Assembly (NCBI RefSeq): GCF_006345805.1
Contig: NW_021834416.1
Coordinates: 1 to 57,454 of the forward strand
DNA from: Octopus sinensis
Taxonomy: Eukaryota
Reading direction: 5' to 3'
Length of the DNA: 57,454 nt
Below, in pieces: positions 26,760-40,215 of the stretch. Position 1 is the stretch's first letter. Each line of letters begins with the position of its first letter. The notes beneath the pieces were generated by a model. That model was not told the origin of the DNA. It ran no database searches and worked only from the letters and a program-made list of their open reading frames with translations. Both the position numbers and the translations under genes were made by a program.

Positions 26760-26900
26760 GCACAATTTCCGTCTACTAAATCTCATTCACAAGGCATTGG
26801 TCGACACTTGGCCATTGAAGAAGATAAGTGCCCAAAACGTCAAGGTTTAGAATCGAAACCCAGACCATGTGGTTTCGAAGCGTACGTCCTAGCCATGCTA
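26760..26900 (-). mobile_element. Family B SINE 5' fragment
   Basis: Diverged reverse-complement head. Confidence 0.55.
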
Positions 26901-27127
26901 CTCTACCTGCACCCATGTATGCTTGAATATCTATATGTTTATTGTTTGAACAACATGGCGGCAGCCATGTGGCTGCAAGCTTCGGTGATCGATCGATATG
27001 TCAAACAGGAATCGTTTCGTCACTAGAGAAATAGAAGATATTCGGAAAACTTACATTTGATAATGTTCTCCGTGGTCCGTAAATATAAGAGCGAATATAT
27101 ATATAAAGACATTACACATGTAAACAT

Positions 27128-27128
27128 G

Positions 27129-27198
<70 letters not shown>

Positions 27199-27204
27199 GA
27201 TAGA

Positions 27205-27253
<49 letters not shown>

Positions 27254-27429
27254 CAGATAGATAGATATGTTTATTAGACACACAGGGCTGAACACAGAGG
27301 GGACAAATTACAAAGTAGAGCTTTTCTTTTGGGGGAGAGAAAAAAGGTACAAGAAAAAAGGGGGGGTAGGTTTTCGATCAAAAGGGATCGTAAAAAAGAA
27401 AGAAAAAATAGATAGATAGACAGACAGAC

Positions 27430-27512
<83 letters not shown>
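27128..27512. repeat. (GATA)n arrays flanking a LINE-3'-end-like insert (27270-27405)
   Basis: Arrays visible; the insert shares the family A tail. Confidence 0.75.
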
Positions 27513-27513
<1 letters not shown>

Positions 27514-27947
27514 TTAGAGTGTGAGAGACTAACACAGAAAGAGTCGTGTATGCATATATATATGCGCATAATTTATACAAATATGTGTATCGATAAATGC
27601 ACGCGCACACAAACATCTATGTAAATACACTTATAGATAGATAGATTTCTCTATATATGTACATAAATTATAAATTTGTATGTATATCCATAAACAAACG
27701 CACATGAACGTCAACTCACGTACATTTATACACACATATATTCATACCTTCAACATTATCCATAAATTAGAAGTTTAAACCTGTATACACACACACACGT
27801 ACGTACACACACGCGCGCACACAAATACTTGCGCGTGCGCATATACACACTCATTTGTATATACTCATACGTAAACATCTGTATACACATACATATATTT
27901 ATTCATCCATTCATACATATACACAGACATGCAAGCTTACACGTATG

Positions 27948-28416
27948 TCGTAAATCCTCGAGTATAATCCTCACTTCTTACCCCAAAATTTAAAGGTCAA
28001 AATCCCTAGTGCGTACTATATACGAGGTTAAAAATTAAAATTATTTTCTAAGCAATGTCCGAGTCTCTATTTGCTGTCCGGCAATGTTTATTCAGACGCA
28101 CTTTATGATGTCGGGCGCAAAAATACCTTAAATCATCCATAACTTGCCGTTAGCAACATTTATTAAATATTATACTGTTATTTCTTTATTTTCTCAAACA
28201 AAATGCGCAAAAAAGCTACACGTTTGCATTATGTTATATATACAATAATAATAAAGGACGTTACCGTATACATTTTTACAAACGAAGGACGTTATATAGC
28301 CCTCTTTGACTCAATTTAGAGAAGGGGTGCGTATTATACACAAGGTTTAGATTTTTCAGAGGTACAGCCCCCCTAAAAATCCCCTGCAAGGGCGGACTAT
28401 ACTCGAGGATTTACAG
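27948..28416. mobile_element. pogo/Tc2-like MITE (~470 bp)
   Basis: TIRs TCGTAAATCCTCGAGTATAATCC / GGACTATACTCGAGGATTTACAG; subterminal GTGCGTA(C/T)TATA repeats; flanks TG (decayed TA). Confidence 0.85.
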
Positions 28417-29662
28417 TGCATTATCAAATTGCATGTGTAATCATAATTGTTGGTGTACTATGTTCAATAAGAAAATCTGTGTTTATTATCTGGAAAAGTT
28501 GTAGTTTTCAAGCCAAAAATAAAGTGATCAGTTAACACGCACTTTGCGAATATCCGCTGTATAGAGAACGTTAAAAATATGTAAGACATTTCTAAAGTGC
28601 ACATAACGTTCCATCGTTGTTGTGTTGTGGTTTTCTTAATTCCAAAAATGGCGCTGCGTCTCTTAGTTGCAAAACAAATTCTTCCTTATCAGAAATTTTC
28701 AAAGAATTTAAAAACGAATGTGACTTATATAAATTCACTAATGCACGAATGTGTGTGTATGTGTGTGTGTGTGTGTGTATAGACTTGTGTACACATACAA
28801 CACACACACACATACATAAATACAGACGTATATATATGCATACACACATACACACACACATATATATATATTATATACATATATACATACATACACACAC
28901 ATATATAAATACATATATGAACACACATACATACACACAGACATACACTCACACAGACACTCAGACACACAGACATATACACACACGCACACACATACAC
29001 ACACACACATACATATTTATATACACACGCATGATTCTCGCAACGCATATTATCAATTCGCAAAAGCGAAATACGTCGGGGGGGGCGTTCAAGGGAGACT
29101 TTACGTAGTCGCTCGACCAACAAGAAATTCTTCCCACCACCACCACCACCACCACCAAAACCACCACCACCACCACAATCACCACCATCACAACCAAACC
29201 ACCACCAACCCCACTACCACCACCACCGCCGCCACCATCACCACCATCACCACCACCACCACCACCACCACCACCATCACAACCAAACCACCACCAACCC
29301 CACTACCACCAAACCCCACCACCACCACTTCTATTGACAAGCTGGCCCCAACTGGAGCGCCGTTGATCCCAAAATCACCTCGACAAGGGCCGTCGGTACG
29401 GACATATATTAAACAACGCAACACATGTGTGCCTGTGATTGTGTGTTGGTCTACACACGCATGTGTTCGCTTCGTTTACTTTTAAGGGTGTGTACGTGTA
29501 TGTGTGTGTGTGTGCGTGCGCGCGCGTGCGTGTGTGTGTGTATTTCTATGTGCGTATGCGTGTGTATGTTTTCGTGGAGTTTGCATCAATGTTGAGGCAT
29601 GAGTGTGACCATAATAATGTGCTGGGAGTACTGCTGGTAAAGGTCTTTCTGCGCATACGCAG

Positions 29663-29713
29663 TTGTGGCCAAGTGCGCGTAATTTCGAATTGCTTCGTAA
29701 GGAGAACCAATTG
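29663..29713 (+). other. Candidate 51-nt exon (LWPSARNFELLRKENQL if phase 0)
   Basis: Acceptor TCTTTCTGCGCATACGCAG, donor G|GTATGC, non-repetitive GC-richer island; no homology recognised. Confidence 0.25.
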
Positions 29714-29839
29714 GTATGCATGCACATACGACAAAGGCAAATCTACTGTCCTCCCTCCATCGCTCCATCTCGCCCTCCATCCCACCATCCCTTTCTCCTC
29801 CCTCTCCTTCCCTCTCTCCCTCCTTCCCTCACTTCATAT

Positions 29840-29849
29840 CCATCCATCC

Positions 29850-29884
<35 letters not shown>

Positions 29885-30269
29885 AATCTATCTATCTCGA
29901 TCTATCTGTCTGTCTGTTTGTCTGTCTATCTACACACATACACACACACATACATGTATACATACATACATACATACATACATACATACATACATACATA
30001 CATACATACATACATACATACATACACGCATGTATATACGTATGCCCATGTATACATACAAATATACAAAATTATAATTTGTAAACAAATTTAATCTGCA
30101 ATACAGAGAAATGGTTTTTATTGATATACATGCATATGTCTGTGTGTATATGTGTGTGTGTATATGTAGGTGGTGGTGTATACACACATGCTGACATAGT
30201 ATTCGAAAATACATATACGTATACATAGATACATAGATATATACATACATACATACATACATACATACA

Positions 30270-30303
<34 letters not shown>

Positions 30304-30369
30304 CCAATATACATACATACATGCGTACATACATAGATACATACACGTATACATAGATACATAGATATA

Positions 30370-30403
<34 letters not shown>

Positions 30404-30590
30404 CCAATATACATACATACATGCGTACATAAACACGTACATACGTATATACATACATACGTACATACATACATACATACATACATACATACACACATAC
30501 ATACACACACACACACGTACATACATACATACATACATACATACATACATACATACATACAACATACATACATATGCGTGCATAAACACG
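29840..30590. repeat. (TCTG)n/(CATA)n compound array
   Basis: Directly visible; includes a ~120-bp internal duplication. Confidence 0.95.
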
Positions 30591-30979
30591 TACATAAATG
30601 CTTACTTCCAAAACTAAAGTTTGAAAACAAAAGGGGAAGATAGTACTCAATATGTGGTGCTGAATTTATTAATCTATACATAAATTCATGATGATATGCT
30701 AATTCCACTCACGACTCGATTTTCACCTATTGTAACTACTCAGGTGATTGCATATTTTTATATAATGTACAGACGAGAATGGAGCCTTGTTGACCCTTGT
30801 TGACCCTTGCTACGGGTCTGGTAAATGACCTTGACGAAGAAAAATCATAAGGACCTCAACTTAACATACTTTTTTAATAACAAGAGTATCTTAAACAGGT
30901 CTTTTTCTATGGTGTTATGCCTTCATAGATATTTACATAAATTTATGCGTACAACTGCAAGTGCGTGAATATTTATACA

Positions 30980-31206
30980 GATATATATTATATAATCTTT
31001 ATACAGATATATAATATTTATACAGATACACGTGTGCGTACGTGATTTTGTGTGCATGTATGTGTGTGCTCGTGCATGTGTATATGTGTGTGTGTACTTG
31101 CGTGTGTGTATATAACAACATAGAAGGTTGCTTATATATATGTGTGCGTATATATATATGTATGCTTTCATATATATATATACATATATATATACACATA
31201 CATATG

Positions 31207-31254
<48 letters not shown>

Positions 31255-31480
31255 GACATTACATATGGATATATATATATATATATATACATATGTATAT
31301 ATATGTGTGTGGTGTATATATATATATACTAAAATATGTATATATTAATATATATATACATATATATATATATGTTATATATACACATACATATGTATAT
31401 ATATATATATCTATTATGTATATATATATATATGTATATATGAATATATGCATATGTATATATATATATATACATGTACA
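30980..31480. repeat. (TA)n/(TG)n degenerate array
   Basis: Directly visible. Confidence 0.95.
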
Positions 31481-31489
31481 TATACGTAT

Positions 31490-31714
31490 ATTCTTTTATT
31501 CTTTTATCCGTTTATTTGGTTCAGTCATTTGACTGCGGCCATACTGGAGTCTTTAGTCGAACAAACAGACCCAAGGACTTATTCTTTGTAAGCCTAGTAC
31601 TAATTCTATCGTTCTCTCAAGCCGGACCGCGAAGTTACAGGGACATAAACACACCAACATCGGTTGTCAAATGATAGGGGGAGGACAAACACACAGACAA
31701 ACAAGCACACCCAC

Positions 31715-31761
<47 letters not shown>

Positions 31762-32155
31762 GATATATAATATATATGCAATATATACATACATATATTA
31801 CATACCTACATTTATATGTGTATATACATGCATATATGGGTACAGGACATCAAATATACGTAGAACAATGAGAAACGAAAACATAAAACAAAAACATGGA
31901 AACGAACTATTTTTCAAACAATGAAAAAACAGAGTAGACGACATACAACACAAGGAATATTCCCCTTCTTCAGTTGTCCCTGTTTCGTCTACTCCGCGTT
32001 GCGAAGGTAATGACAAGATGCGACGACGGGTTTCTTTCAGTTTCCGTCAACCAAATCCACTCACACGGCATTGCTCAAGATGTCACTCAGTGGGACTGAA
32101 CCCGGAGACATGTGCTTGGTAAGGAAGCTACTTATCACGCAGCCACTCCTGCGCC
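31490..32155 (-). mobile_element. Family B SINE split by a ~220-bp insert (31800-32017) in its internal microsatellite
   Basis: 3' half 31490-31710, 5' half 32020-32155, unrelated sequence between. Confidence 0.8.
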
Positions 32156-32271
32156 TGTATATATGTATATTTACATCACACACACCACACACACACATAT
32201 ACATACATACATACATACATACATACATACACCACATTACATATATATATATATATATATTATATATAATA

Positions 32272-32335
<64 letters not shown>

Positions 32336-32370
32336 GATACATACTATATATATATATATATATAGATATA

Positions 32371-32419
<49 letters not shown>

Positions 32420-32662
32420 ACATATATATATATATATGCGAATAATTGGAGAAGTGGTGACGAGTGACAATTATGTAAATAACAATGATATTTATAAGCA
32501 TAAAACATATTCGCGAGCACCGTGTATTGACTAACTGGGGCATATACGTCCTCGATGGAAAAGAGTGGGTTTATCTATCTATCTATCATCTATCTATCTA
32601 TCTATCTATCTATATGTGTGTGTGTGTGTGTGTGTGTATGTTTATATATATATATATACATA

Positions 32663-32870
32663 CAATATTCCCTCGCCATATTCTGGTTTCCCTATCGCGT
32701 CTACTTGTCCTATTCTACGGTGTTGTTTTGCATTTATAATGAATAAATATATACAAATTATGATAATAAAAAAATATATATATACACTACACTACTGTTT
32801 ATACTTCGTAGATTTTCACATATCGCGAGGGTTTGGGAACGTAAAAACCGCAATAGTCGAGGGATTACTG
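32663..32870 (-). mobile_element. Tigger/pogo-like MITE, second copy
   Basis: Collinear reverse-complement match to 14751-14969 with both TIRs. Confidence 0.85.
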
Positions 32871-32878
32871 CATATATA

Positions 32879-32920
<42 letters not shown>

Positions 32921-33081
32921 GCATGCATAGATACATAAGTACGACGATATATACATTCATACAGGCCTACGCTAGATCACAAGCATATTCTTGCATCTAT
33001 AAGGATTTTTCTAAGTTATATCAAGTATCTATACGCATACTGGTGTATGTAAATACGCATGTTTGTATATGTGTATATATG

Positions 33082-33118
<37 letters not shown>

Positions 33119-33287
33119 GGTTAGTATAGTTAGACGTTGGAGTAACCGTCTAAGGGATAGAAGTATTCATCATACTATCGGTATAATTACTTATGTTGAC
33201 TATGGACATACGTATGCAAACCTAATGTGCTCATAGATTACAGGTAATGACAAAGATAAACATGAGTTTATCAGGAATCAAATTTAA

Positions 33288-33420
33288 TGTAAACAGAAAA
33301 TGGGGAAATATTGATAAAAAACAATTGACTTACATCAATTATTATTAATTATTTATTAAAAAATAATAATCGATGTCAGCCAATTTTTGTTGATCAATAT
33401 TTCTCCATTTCCTGTTTACA
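33288..33420. other. Imperfect palindrome (~133 bp)
   Basis: TGTAAACAGAAAATGGGGAAATATTGAT... pairs with ...ATCAATATTTCTCCATTTCCTGTTTACA; spacer itself partly self-complementary. Confidence 0.8.
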
Positions 33421-33919
33421 TATACATATATATATATAATTTTTCTGTCTAGTTTCACCTCAGAGCTGTGGCCATGCTGATGCACCGCCGTTTTGCTATA
33501 CTGTTATTACTAAGAGCCTCCTCTAATATGTGGCACTTTGGTGAAGAATGGAGTTTGATATAGCTAACCTCATTTATATATTATACATATGCAATGTGTG
33601 AATCTGAGAGGGGAATATATTGAATAAATCATAATTTACTTATCCTCCTATATTTTCGTTTACCCAAAGCCAAGAACTTTTCGGAATCTCCTTAAATATA
33701 TGTATGTATGTATATATATATATATATATGCATAAGCTGGACATTTTATATCACTGAGAAGGACATAAATTCGCAGCCGTTCCTTATGTGAAAAACTTTC
33801 TTTACATATATTTACATTCAAGCATATATATATATGTGTGTGTGTAAATACTTATAGTTATACACACATTTGCATCTATATCTGTATCCATCGATATCAC
33901 GCTGATTATATGTATTCTT

Positions 33920-34225
33920 TTGCTTTTCTTCTTTCAGTCATTTGACTGCAGCCATGCTGGAGCACCACATTTTAGCCGAAGAAATCGACCCTAGGACTAA
34001 TTCTTTGCAATGCTGGTACTTATTCTATCGGTCTCTTTTGTATAACTACTAAGTTAAGGGGACGGAAAAAACACCAACATACACACGACGGGCTTCTTTC
34101 AGTTTCCATCTACCAAATCCACTGACAAGGCTTTGGTCGGCCCAAGATTATAGCAGTAGACAGTCGCCCAAGGTGCCACGCAGTGGGACGGACTGAACCT
34201 GGAACCATGTGGGAGGCAACCGCAA
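33920..34225 (-). mobile_element. Family B SINE
   Basis: Reverse complement of consensus, internal deletion. Confidence 0.85.
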
Positions 34226-34383
34226 CACACACACACACACACACACAAACACATATATCCACACATATATCTATGCATACACATATATATATATATATAT
34301 ATACAATCGTTCATATACCTATAAGCAAAATCAGATGTCTATATATTTATATAAGTTTATGAATATGTATATACGCATAAGTT

Positions 34384-34415
<32 letters not shown>

Positions 34416-34838
34416 ATATATATATAATATATATGCACACACATTTGTAGATAATACATATATATGTATGCGTATATATATAGATATATATGTATATGTA
34501 TGTGTGTGTATTTGTGTGCATACATATAGCCATGATCACACTTTAATACATTACAGACACAAAGACACGCAGATAATCTAAGCATACTAATATAATATGT
34601 AAACCAAGGCCTAAGAGCAATGCAAACGTTTTAAATATAAAGTGAGTTAAAGTTATACATCTGAGTGAATCAACGTATGTATGACTGGTACTAAAAATAT
34701 GGAATCTTGTGATTGATATAGTGGCGATACAGTATCAACTTTGAAAAGAAGGTGCTCTTATAACGAAGGATATAACTTGGAATCGTAATATTTTTTACTG
34801 TCCAAATATGTTAGAGCGTGTGTGAATGCATATTTGCA

Positions 34839-34874
<36 letters not shown>

Positions 34875-35024
34875 TTTTGTCTACATATAAATATATATAC
34901 ATATATGTGTGTGTGTGGTGTGTGTGTGTGTGTGAGTGTGTGTGTGTGTGTATGTATATCTATATATATACACATATATATACATATATATATGCAAATA
35001 TATATACATATATATAAAGTTAAT

Positions 35025-35141
35025 CCAAACATGAAAACACAAAGAGAAAACACAACAACGCGAGGACGTGGAACAAGTATAGTGTTATTGGACGCTCAGG
35101 AAAGAAGGAAAGAAGGAGGGTTTAACGTTTCGAGCGGAGCT
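35025..35141 (-). mobile_element. Penelope-type LTR piece with the 3' half of a hammerhead motif
   Basis: - strand GC-TCC-GCTC-GAAAC-GTT plus downstream CCTGAGCG shared with the 48146 and 53373 copies; 5' side ends in (TA)n. Confidence 0.6.
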
Positions 35142-35342
35142 ATATACACTCACACATATATATGTATGTTGATATATATATATATATTTATATATATATA
35201 TATGTATATATATACACATATATATACATATATATATGCAAATATATATATATATATTTCATAAATTTAACAAACAGGATAATACGTTGCTAATTCCTCA
35301 ACAGCCAACGTCCAAAAGATCGTATGTGTATATAATATGTAT

Positions 35343-35415
<73 letters not shown>

Positions 35416-35609
35416 GTGAAGACATATATACATATATACACACAAACTCACATACACAGAATCACACACACAGATACATACACATAGGCGTGCACACACG
35501 CACGCACGCACGTGTGTGTATATATACTCGTGTATAAAATATATATTCAGCAAGTGGCGGGAATACGCTTCACTAAAACGAGTATGCAATCATGTTTCTA
35601 TATAAATTG

Positions 35610-36348
35610 AAATATTGAAGGTGGCGGCGCGGTGCTGTTGGCGATGGCGGTGGCGCTAGTAGTGGGAGTGGTGGTAGTGGTGGCATTGATGGTAACAGTA
35701 GTGGTTGTAGTTTCGCGGTCGAGGAGGTGGTGTTGGTGACGGCGGTAATTGATTTGATGGTGGTTCTGGCGTGTATTGTGTAATTATTGTAGTGGTAATG
35801 GTGTTAGTAGTTGTGGTTGCGATGGTAGTAGCGATGGTGGTAGTTGATGTGTATTGTGGTTCTAGTAGTTGCGATAGTGGTGTGCGATCTTAGTGGTGGT
35901 ATGTCGCGATTATGGTAGCTGTGGTAGAGGTAGTAGTGTTGTAGGTGATGGCGATGGCAGTGTTGTTGTTATTGGTGGTGGTTGCGGTGGTAGTAGTGAT
36001 GGTATGTGTCGTGATTATGGTGGTAGTGTGATGCGATTGTAGTAGCAGTGGTGGTGGAGGTATTGTGTATTGTGACTGTAGTAGTTGAAGGTGGTGATGG
36101 TGGTAATGTGATTTGTGATGGCATAGGTGATAGTAAGTCTTGGTGCGTGTTGTGACGAATGTTGTGGTGACGATGATGATGATGATGATAATGATATTGT
36201 TGTTGTCATTCTTGTTGTTGTTATTGGTGGTGGTGGCAGTGGTGGGGAATGTGTATGTATGCGTGTGTGTATGTTTTCTTATTGTGGTTGAGGTGGTAGT
36301 AGTGTCATTAAAGGGACTGATGATGATTTTGATGGTAATGATGAGGAG

Positions 36349-36381
<33 letters not shown>

Positions 36382-36470
36382 GGTGGTGGCGGTGGTAGTG
36401 ATGATGTGATGTCTGCTGAAGTAGTATTGGTGGTGGTGGTGGTGGTGGTGGTGGTAGCCGTGAGCACAGT
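35610..36470. repeat. Degenerate (GGT)/(GTA)/(GAT)/(GTT) trinucleotide field
   Basis: Directly visible. Confidence 0.9.
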
Positions 36471-36570
36471 GTAGAAACGTTATAGCGACTGTATTGTGAT
36501 GTTGTGGTGAAGATGCCGGTTCTGAGTCAACAAACGGTGATGTTGACTTTTACAAATATCAATAATTTTT

Positions 36571-37174
36571 GTTGTTTTAGCCCTAGGACAGACCCGAGCG
36601 AGCAGGTGGATGACAATCAAAGCCTATTTCATTAAATTTTTGTTTGTTTGTTTTTTTTTAATCCTCGGACATAATGTATCTAGGACTACATAATTCAATG
36701 AATCCTTAGTTCCTAAGTAGGCTGTGGTTTGAGGGAGACTTGGCTATTTCCTCTTAGCTCCGTTTTGGCCCGTGTGCTTATAGTATCATTGCGTGGTCTG
36801 TTGTTGTTGTTGTTGTTGTTCTTAGGCAGGTTGACAGTGTGGTCATTCCTGTCCATAATGTCACAGGTTTGTTGTTACTGTTGCTGATATGCTTTTTGTG
36901 TACCTCCTGGTCAAATCTGATTGAGCAGACCTATGATCAAAGACGTTCCAGTTGTACCCATCACCTCCTTATTTTAATCAATCAATTAATAAATTAATTA
37001 ATTAATTTTTTTCAGATGTACTCTACTAGGACTACAATATCAAATACAACCCTTCACGTGTGTTTTTCCATTCTTTTCTGTTTCTTTGCTTTTTTTTGGT
37101 TTTTTTTTCTTTTGGACATACTTAGGGGATTGTTTTTTCAGGATGAATTATCTGCTATTGCTAGCAGGTCGAGC
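36571..37174 (+). repeat. Two family E repeats (36571-36750, 36904-37174)
   Basis: Shared collinear motifs; further fragments at ~2690, 12675, 29080, 39350, 49645. Confidence 0.7.
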
Positions 37175-37254
37175 TTTTTGTGTACATGGACCCTTGGGGG
37201 CAAAAAGGGGTAGCAAGTGTCAATGGAGACGTTGGTGATATTGTGGGTATTGTT

Positions 37255-37275
37255 GTCGTCGTTGTCTTTGATGCA

Positions 37276-37319
<44 letters not shown>

Positions 37320-37520
37320 CGATGAAGATGAGGAGGAGGATGAGGATGGTGGTGGTGGTGGTGGTGGTGGCAGTGGTGCTGATGGTCTTGATAGCTAATG
37401 TGGGGTGTCGAAAAACACAAAACAATTCAATAAAACGCACAAATCAACACAAACGCATACGCGCACATATTCTAATGCTTGTGTATGTATATATATATAT
37501 ACCCGTTTGTATATATATAT

Positions 37521-37619
<99 letters not shown>

Positions 37620-37795
37620 TATATGCATATACACATAAAATTATACACACAGCTGCATACATATCTATACATATAAAAACTTATACACAGGCACACATGT
37701 ATAGCACGTATATATGCACGCACGCACAGCATTCATAACATATGTAGATATAAATCATATATACATATTGCAGAATTATGCATATCATATATGAA

Positions 37796-37837
<42 letters not shown>

Positions 37838-37868
37838 ATATATACACACATAATTACATATATCTATC

Positions 37869-37900
<32 letters not shown>

Positions 37901-37961
37901 ATATATATACTTACATATACATACATATATACATATATATATACATATGTATGATATATAT

Positions 37962-38007
<46 letters not shown>

Positions 38008-38225
38008 TACATATATATACACAAATGTATGCGCAAACAATTATACATATAATACATAAATACATGTGTACATAGTGTATGTGTGTATATATATATATAT
38101 ATTTTTATATATATATATAGTATTTCATATGTATGCATGTATGTATATATATATATATATATATCTGTTTGATCCTCACTCTCTTTCTCTCTCTCGTCCT
38201 CTATTTACATATTTATATATATACC
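37255..38225. repeat. (GAT)n(GGT)n followed by a long (TA)n field
   Basis: Directly visible. Confidence 0.95.
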
Positions 38226-38259
38226 TTGCACGACGCTCTTTCTCCTGTCCTTTTGCAGC

Positions 38260-38937
38260 TAATGTTGCTGTTTTCACAGCTACTACTACTACTGCTACTA
38301 CCGCGGCTGCTGCTGCTGCTTCTGCTGTTGTACTTGCCGTTGCTGCTGCTTCTGCCGCTGCTGCTTCTTCTAATACTAATACTACTAGTGCTACTGCTTG
38401 CTTTCGCTGCTGAGTTTGGAGATGTATGACAAAACCCCGGATTTTTCTAGTTTTCCTAATATATTTTCGTTAGTAAGCGACATTGTTCGTGTTGTTGTTG
38501 TTGTTGTTGTTGATAATGTTGTTGATGGTGGCGGCGGCGGCGGCGACGGTGGTGGTGCTGGCTACGGCGGTGGTGTGTGTGTGTGTGATGCTGATGATGT
38601 TGATGGCAGTGGTGGTGGCGGTGGTGGTGGTAGTGGTGGTGGTGGTGGTGGTGATGGCCGTCGTTGTTGATGATGTTTATGATGATGATTGTGATGGTAA
38701 CGATAATGATGATGACGATAATGGTGATGGTGGCGGTGGTCGCTGTTCGTAATGGTTCTGATGGTGATGGGAATGTTGACCGAGTTGTTGGTGATGATGA
38801 TGATGGCGATGATGATGATGATGATGATGATGATGATAATGATGATAATGATGATGATGATGAAGGATGATGAAGGATGATGATGATGATAATGATGATG
38901 GTGGTGATGATGATGATGATGATGGTAATGATGATGG

Positions 38938-38981
<44 letters not shown>

Positions 38982-38994
38982 GTAATGATGATGG

Positions 38995-39031
<37 letters not shown>

Positions 39032-39698
39032 AATGATGATGATGAAGGATGATGAAGGATGATGATGATATGATGATGGTGGTGATGATGATGATGATAA
39101 TGATGATGGTGATGATGATGATGATGTTGATGATGATGATGATGATGAGGAAGAATGATGAAGGATGATGATAATGATGATAATGATGATGACGACTATG
39201 GTGATGATGATAATGATGATTATGATGATAGTATTTATGAGGACTATTTACAATAGTGATGAAGGTGATATTGATTGTTGTTGATCTTGATGATGATGAT
39301 GATGATGATGAGGTGTGGTTCTATATATTTTTGGGGGGTGGGTGGGCTCCAGGTACAGGTCAATGATCAAAGGTATCCCAACCATGACCGCCCTATCTTT
39401 TAAAGACTACAATACTTTATTTAACATCTTTTCTTATATAACAAGGCAGCATTATGATTTATGTCCGATTTGACTATCATTTCTAGCAAGTGTAGCGGTT
39501 ACAGAAATGCTCCCTTGACTCATGCTGATGTTGTTGCTGTTGTTGTTGTTAGTGTTGAGATTGCTTTTGTTGTTATTATTGTTGTTGATGTTGCTTTTCG
39601 TGTTGTGAATGTTGTTATTGTTCTTGTTTCGGTGTTGTTTTCTTGAAATTATTTTTTGTTTGTGTTGCTGTTAATTGCTACTGTAGTAGTAGTCGTCG

Positions 39699-39736
<38 letters not shown>

Positions 39737-40215
39737 GATGATGATGATATTGGTGTTGTTCGTAATGTTGGTGTTCTTATACATGTTGCTTTTGGGTGTT
39801 TTTTTCTTTTCTGCTACACAGAACTTAACCTCTCTGTCTCTATCGCCACCACCACCACTTCAACCAACACCACGAAAGCCTTCGCCACCACCGCCAGCGC
39901 CCACGTCACCGACGCCATGGGGGCCGCCACGGCTAGATTTCCACTAGAAACACTACATGCCTACAACTCTTACCACTTCAACCACCACCACCACCACCAC
40001 CAATACCACTACCTCTACTATCATTCCCTCACCACCGCTCCCTCACCAACACTCCCTCAACATACCACCACCACCATCACCACTATCCCCACCGCCTACG
40101 CCGCCGCCACCGCTACCACCACCACTACCTCCACTATCATTCCCTCACCACCGCCGCTACCACCACCACCACCTCCTCACCACCACCACCACCACCGCCA
40201 CCACCACCACCACCA
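38260..40215. repeat. Large trinucleotide fields: (GCT), (GTT), (GGT), (GAT)n, (CCA)n
   Basis: Directly visible; the (GAT)n part shows higher-order duplication marked by GAAGGATGATGAAGG. Confidence 0.92.

Noticed and set aside
31955-32010. GAAAC and CTGAAGA boxes on the - strand of the nested insert
   Set aside because: Boxes are in the wrong order for type I and lack a GUH cleavage site for types II/III.
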